Shown piece after piece: positions 62,369-64,000 of a stretch of DNA of 64,000 bases; the first letter of the stretch is position 1, and the number at the start of each line of letters is the position of its first letter. The notes beneath the pieces are model-generated. The model saw only the letters and a list, made by a program, of their open reading frames with translations. It did no database searches and was not told the DNA's origin. This DNA is from Polyangiales bacterium (lineage in GTDB: Bacteria > Myxococcota_A > Polyangia > Polyangiales > Houyiibacteriaceae): positions 95,758 to 159,757 of the forward strand of contig JAXLYX010000009.1 in the NCBI GenBank assembly GCA_046351215.1, written 5' to 3'. The translations under genes and the position numbers were made by a program.

Positions 62369-64000
62369 TCAGCCCGGCCCGCCTCCGAGCTTCGTGATCG
62401 TCACCGGCACGCCGCTCATGAACGCCTGGTTGCTGAGCTTCTCGTAGCTCCCGGGCCCGTGGGGGAGGATGGCGTTCACGTTCACGCCCGGATGCTCCCG
62501 GGCGACGCGCATCCCGGGCGTCCTCGCGTTGCCCCAGCCGTGCGTCATCGCGACGACGCCCGGACGCAGGCTCGCGTCCCTCTCGACCGTCGTCACGAGG
62601 CTCCCGTAGCCGCTGTCGACCGTCACCTTCGCTCCCTCGTCGAGGCCGAGGGCGTCGAGGTCCTCGGGGCTCACGTGGAGTCCGTGCGCGCCGTTCCGGC
62701 CCCGCTTCAGCTTCTCCACGTTCTGGAACCAGCCGTTGTGCATGTGGATGTGACGGAGGTTGACGAGACGGAACCGCGGTGGCGCGGAGCGGAGCTCCTC
62801 GAAGAGGCGATGGGCGGTCGCGATCGCCTCGACGAAGAGCTCGGGGCAGCAATCGACGCGCCGATCGTCGGTCTGGACGAAGTCGGTGTAGAAGCGCCCG
62901 AACGAGCGCCTCGGGAGGACCGCCGTCTGCGACGGAAGGGCGCGCAGCGCGTCCACCGAGAGCTCGCTCCGCGAGAGCATGCGGTCGAGGCGGGCGAAGG
63001 GCTTCGGAGGCTCCTGGTCGAGGAGCGAGGGCATCCCGAGGCGCTTCTGCAGCTCGGCGAAGATCCACCACTCCTCGCGTCGCTCGCCGGCCGGAGGCAC
63101 GACGGCGTCGGTGAGCTGGACGAAGGGCTCGTATTGCATGCCTAGGCCGCAGAGGCTCAGGTCGGGACGCTCGAGCATGTCCGCCGACGGGAGCACGAAG
63201 TGCGCGTGCTCGGCGGTCGCGTTGCGGAAGAGATCGATCACGACCACGAGCTCGAGCGTGTCGAGGGCCTCGCGCCACCGCGCCTCGCCGCCGACGCTGA
63301 GGACGGGATTGCCGGCGACGACGATCAACGCGCGGACCGGCTTCGATTCGTGGAGCATCAGGTCGGGCGCGAGCACGCCCGGCAGCGCCCCGCGCACGTG
63401 GCGCAGCTCGCCGAAGGGCGAGGGGAAGAAGGGGCTCCCGGAGCCGCGCTTCCCGGACTTCGTGGCCGGATAGAAGCCCTCGCCGTAGAACGAGCCTCCC
63501 GGCACGTCGAGGTTGCCCGTCACGAAGACGAGCATCTGCAGGAGCCAGTAGGCGAGCGTCCCCTGGCGCCCCATGTTCACGCCCGTCGACATGTGGGCCG
63601 TGGCGCGCTTCGCGGCGCTGAAGGTGTCGGCGAGCGCGCGGATCGTCTCCGCGGGCACGCCGACGACGCCGGCGACGGCCTCGGCCGAGTACGGCGCGAC
63701 GAAGGCGCGCAGGCCCTCGACGTTCTTCCCGTGCGCCTCGAGCACGTCCGTACGGAAGCGTCCGAGCGCATCGATCTCGTGGAGCAGGGCCGCGAGGAGG
63801 TAGACGTCCGTGTCCGGGAGGATCGGGATCACCTCGCCCGTGTCGGGACCGGCGGACTCGATCCTCCGCGGGTTCACGAAGAAGACCTTCGCGCCCCGGG
63901 CCTTCGCCGCCCGGATCTTCGCCATCGGGTCGGCGATCGAGACGAAGCTCATGTGCGAGACGCGGGGGTTCTCGCCGAAGAGGAGGAGACAATCGGTCTC
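62369..64000 (-). CDS. molybdopterin-dependent oxidoreductase (DMSO reductase/formate dehydrogenase superfamily); the N-terminus lies beyond the window end
   Basis: The frame stays open to position 64000. Strings include KVFFVNPRR, NPVLSVGG...LELVVVIDLFRNATAEHAHFVLPSADMLERPD and the C-terminal molybdopterin-dinucleotide-binding region LHVSPEDLDALGLDEGAKVTV.S..GS....V......RPGVVAMTHGWG. Confidence 0.85.
   Translation of the reverse strand, partial: ETDCLLLFGENPRVSHMSFVSIADPMAKIRAAKARGAKVFFVNPRRIESAGPDTGEVIPILPDTDVYLLAALLHEIDALGRFRTDVLEAHGKNVEGLRAFVAPYSAEAVAGVVGVPAETIRALADTFSAAKRATAHMSTGVNMGRQGTLAYWLLQMLVFVTGNLDVPGGSFYGEGFYPATKSGKRGSGSPFFPSPFGELRHVRGALPGVLAPDLMLHESKPVRALIVVAGNPVLSVGGEARWREALDTLELVVVIDLFRNATAEHAHFVLPSADMLERPDLSLCGLGMQYEPFVQLTDAVVPPAGERREEWWIFAELQKRLGMPSLLDQEPPKPFARLDRMLSRSELSVDALRALPSQTAVLPRRSFGRFYTDFVQTDDRRVDCCPELFVEAIATAHRLFEELRSAPPRFRLVNLRHIHMHNGWFQNVEKLKRGRNGAHGLHVSPEDLDALGLDEGAKVTVDSGYGSLVTTVERDASLRPGVVAMTHGWGNARTPGMRVAREHPGVNVNAILPHGPGSYEKLSNQAFMSGVPVTITKLGGGPG

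Overview
The window is very GC-rich DNA. I judged this by eye and by the strong G/C bias at codon third positions, not by calculation. The gene content looks Myxococcota-like, which is an inference from many lipoproteins, a Hanks-type Ser/Thr kinase and giant TPR/VWA envelope proteins. Most long ORFs in the six-frame track are Arg/Gly/Pro/Ala-rich shadow ORFs. I kept about 48 CDSs whose translations carry recognisable family motifs and trimmed many of them to internal starts. I saw no rRNA, tRNA or CRISPR array.

Main contents:
- **Metabolism and transport:** ilvE with an IclR regulator, ilvA, a DAACS symporter, a SulP transporter, and a translationally coupled FAD-oxidoreductase/ketopantoate-reductase-like/P450 operon.
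- **ISL3 element (3020..4400):** apparently intact, with 24-bp inverted repeats and an 8-bp target-site duplication.
- **Paired giant lipoproteins (20990..29418):** two translationally coupled paralogues with a FecR-VIT-VWA-TPR architecture.
- **CHAD / TPR / SixA-like / membrane metallophosphoesterase neighbourhood (29610..34343).**
- **Palindrome array (34347..34458):** seven copies of CGTGCACG in one intergenic gap.
- **AbiE-like pair (34960..36173):** a wHTH gene and a nucleotidyltransferase gene, with an upstream palindromic operator candidate.
- **Minus-strand envelope cluster (37377..46694):** a beta-barrel OMP, a YdbH/AsmA-like giant, a DUF1318/YdbL-like lipoprotein, a TolB-propeller/TPR giant and a CxxCH lipoprotein.
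- **Other genes:** hrpB, a metallophosphoesterase split by a membrane insertion, an orphan SPPY methyltransferase followed by DUF1294, an aldehyde dehydrogenase, and a partial molybdopterin oxidoreductase.

All family calls rest on motif recognition by eye. No HMM or BLAST search was possible.
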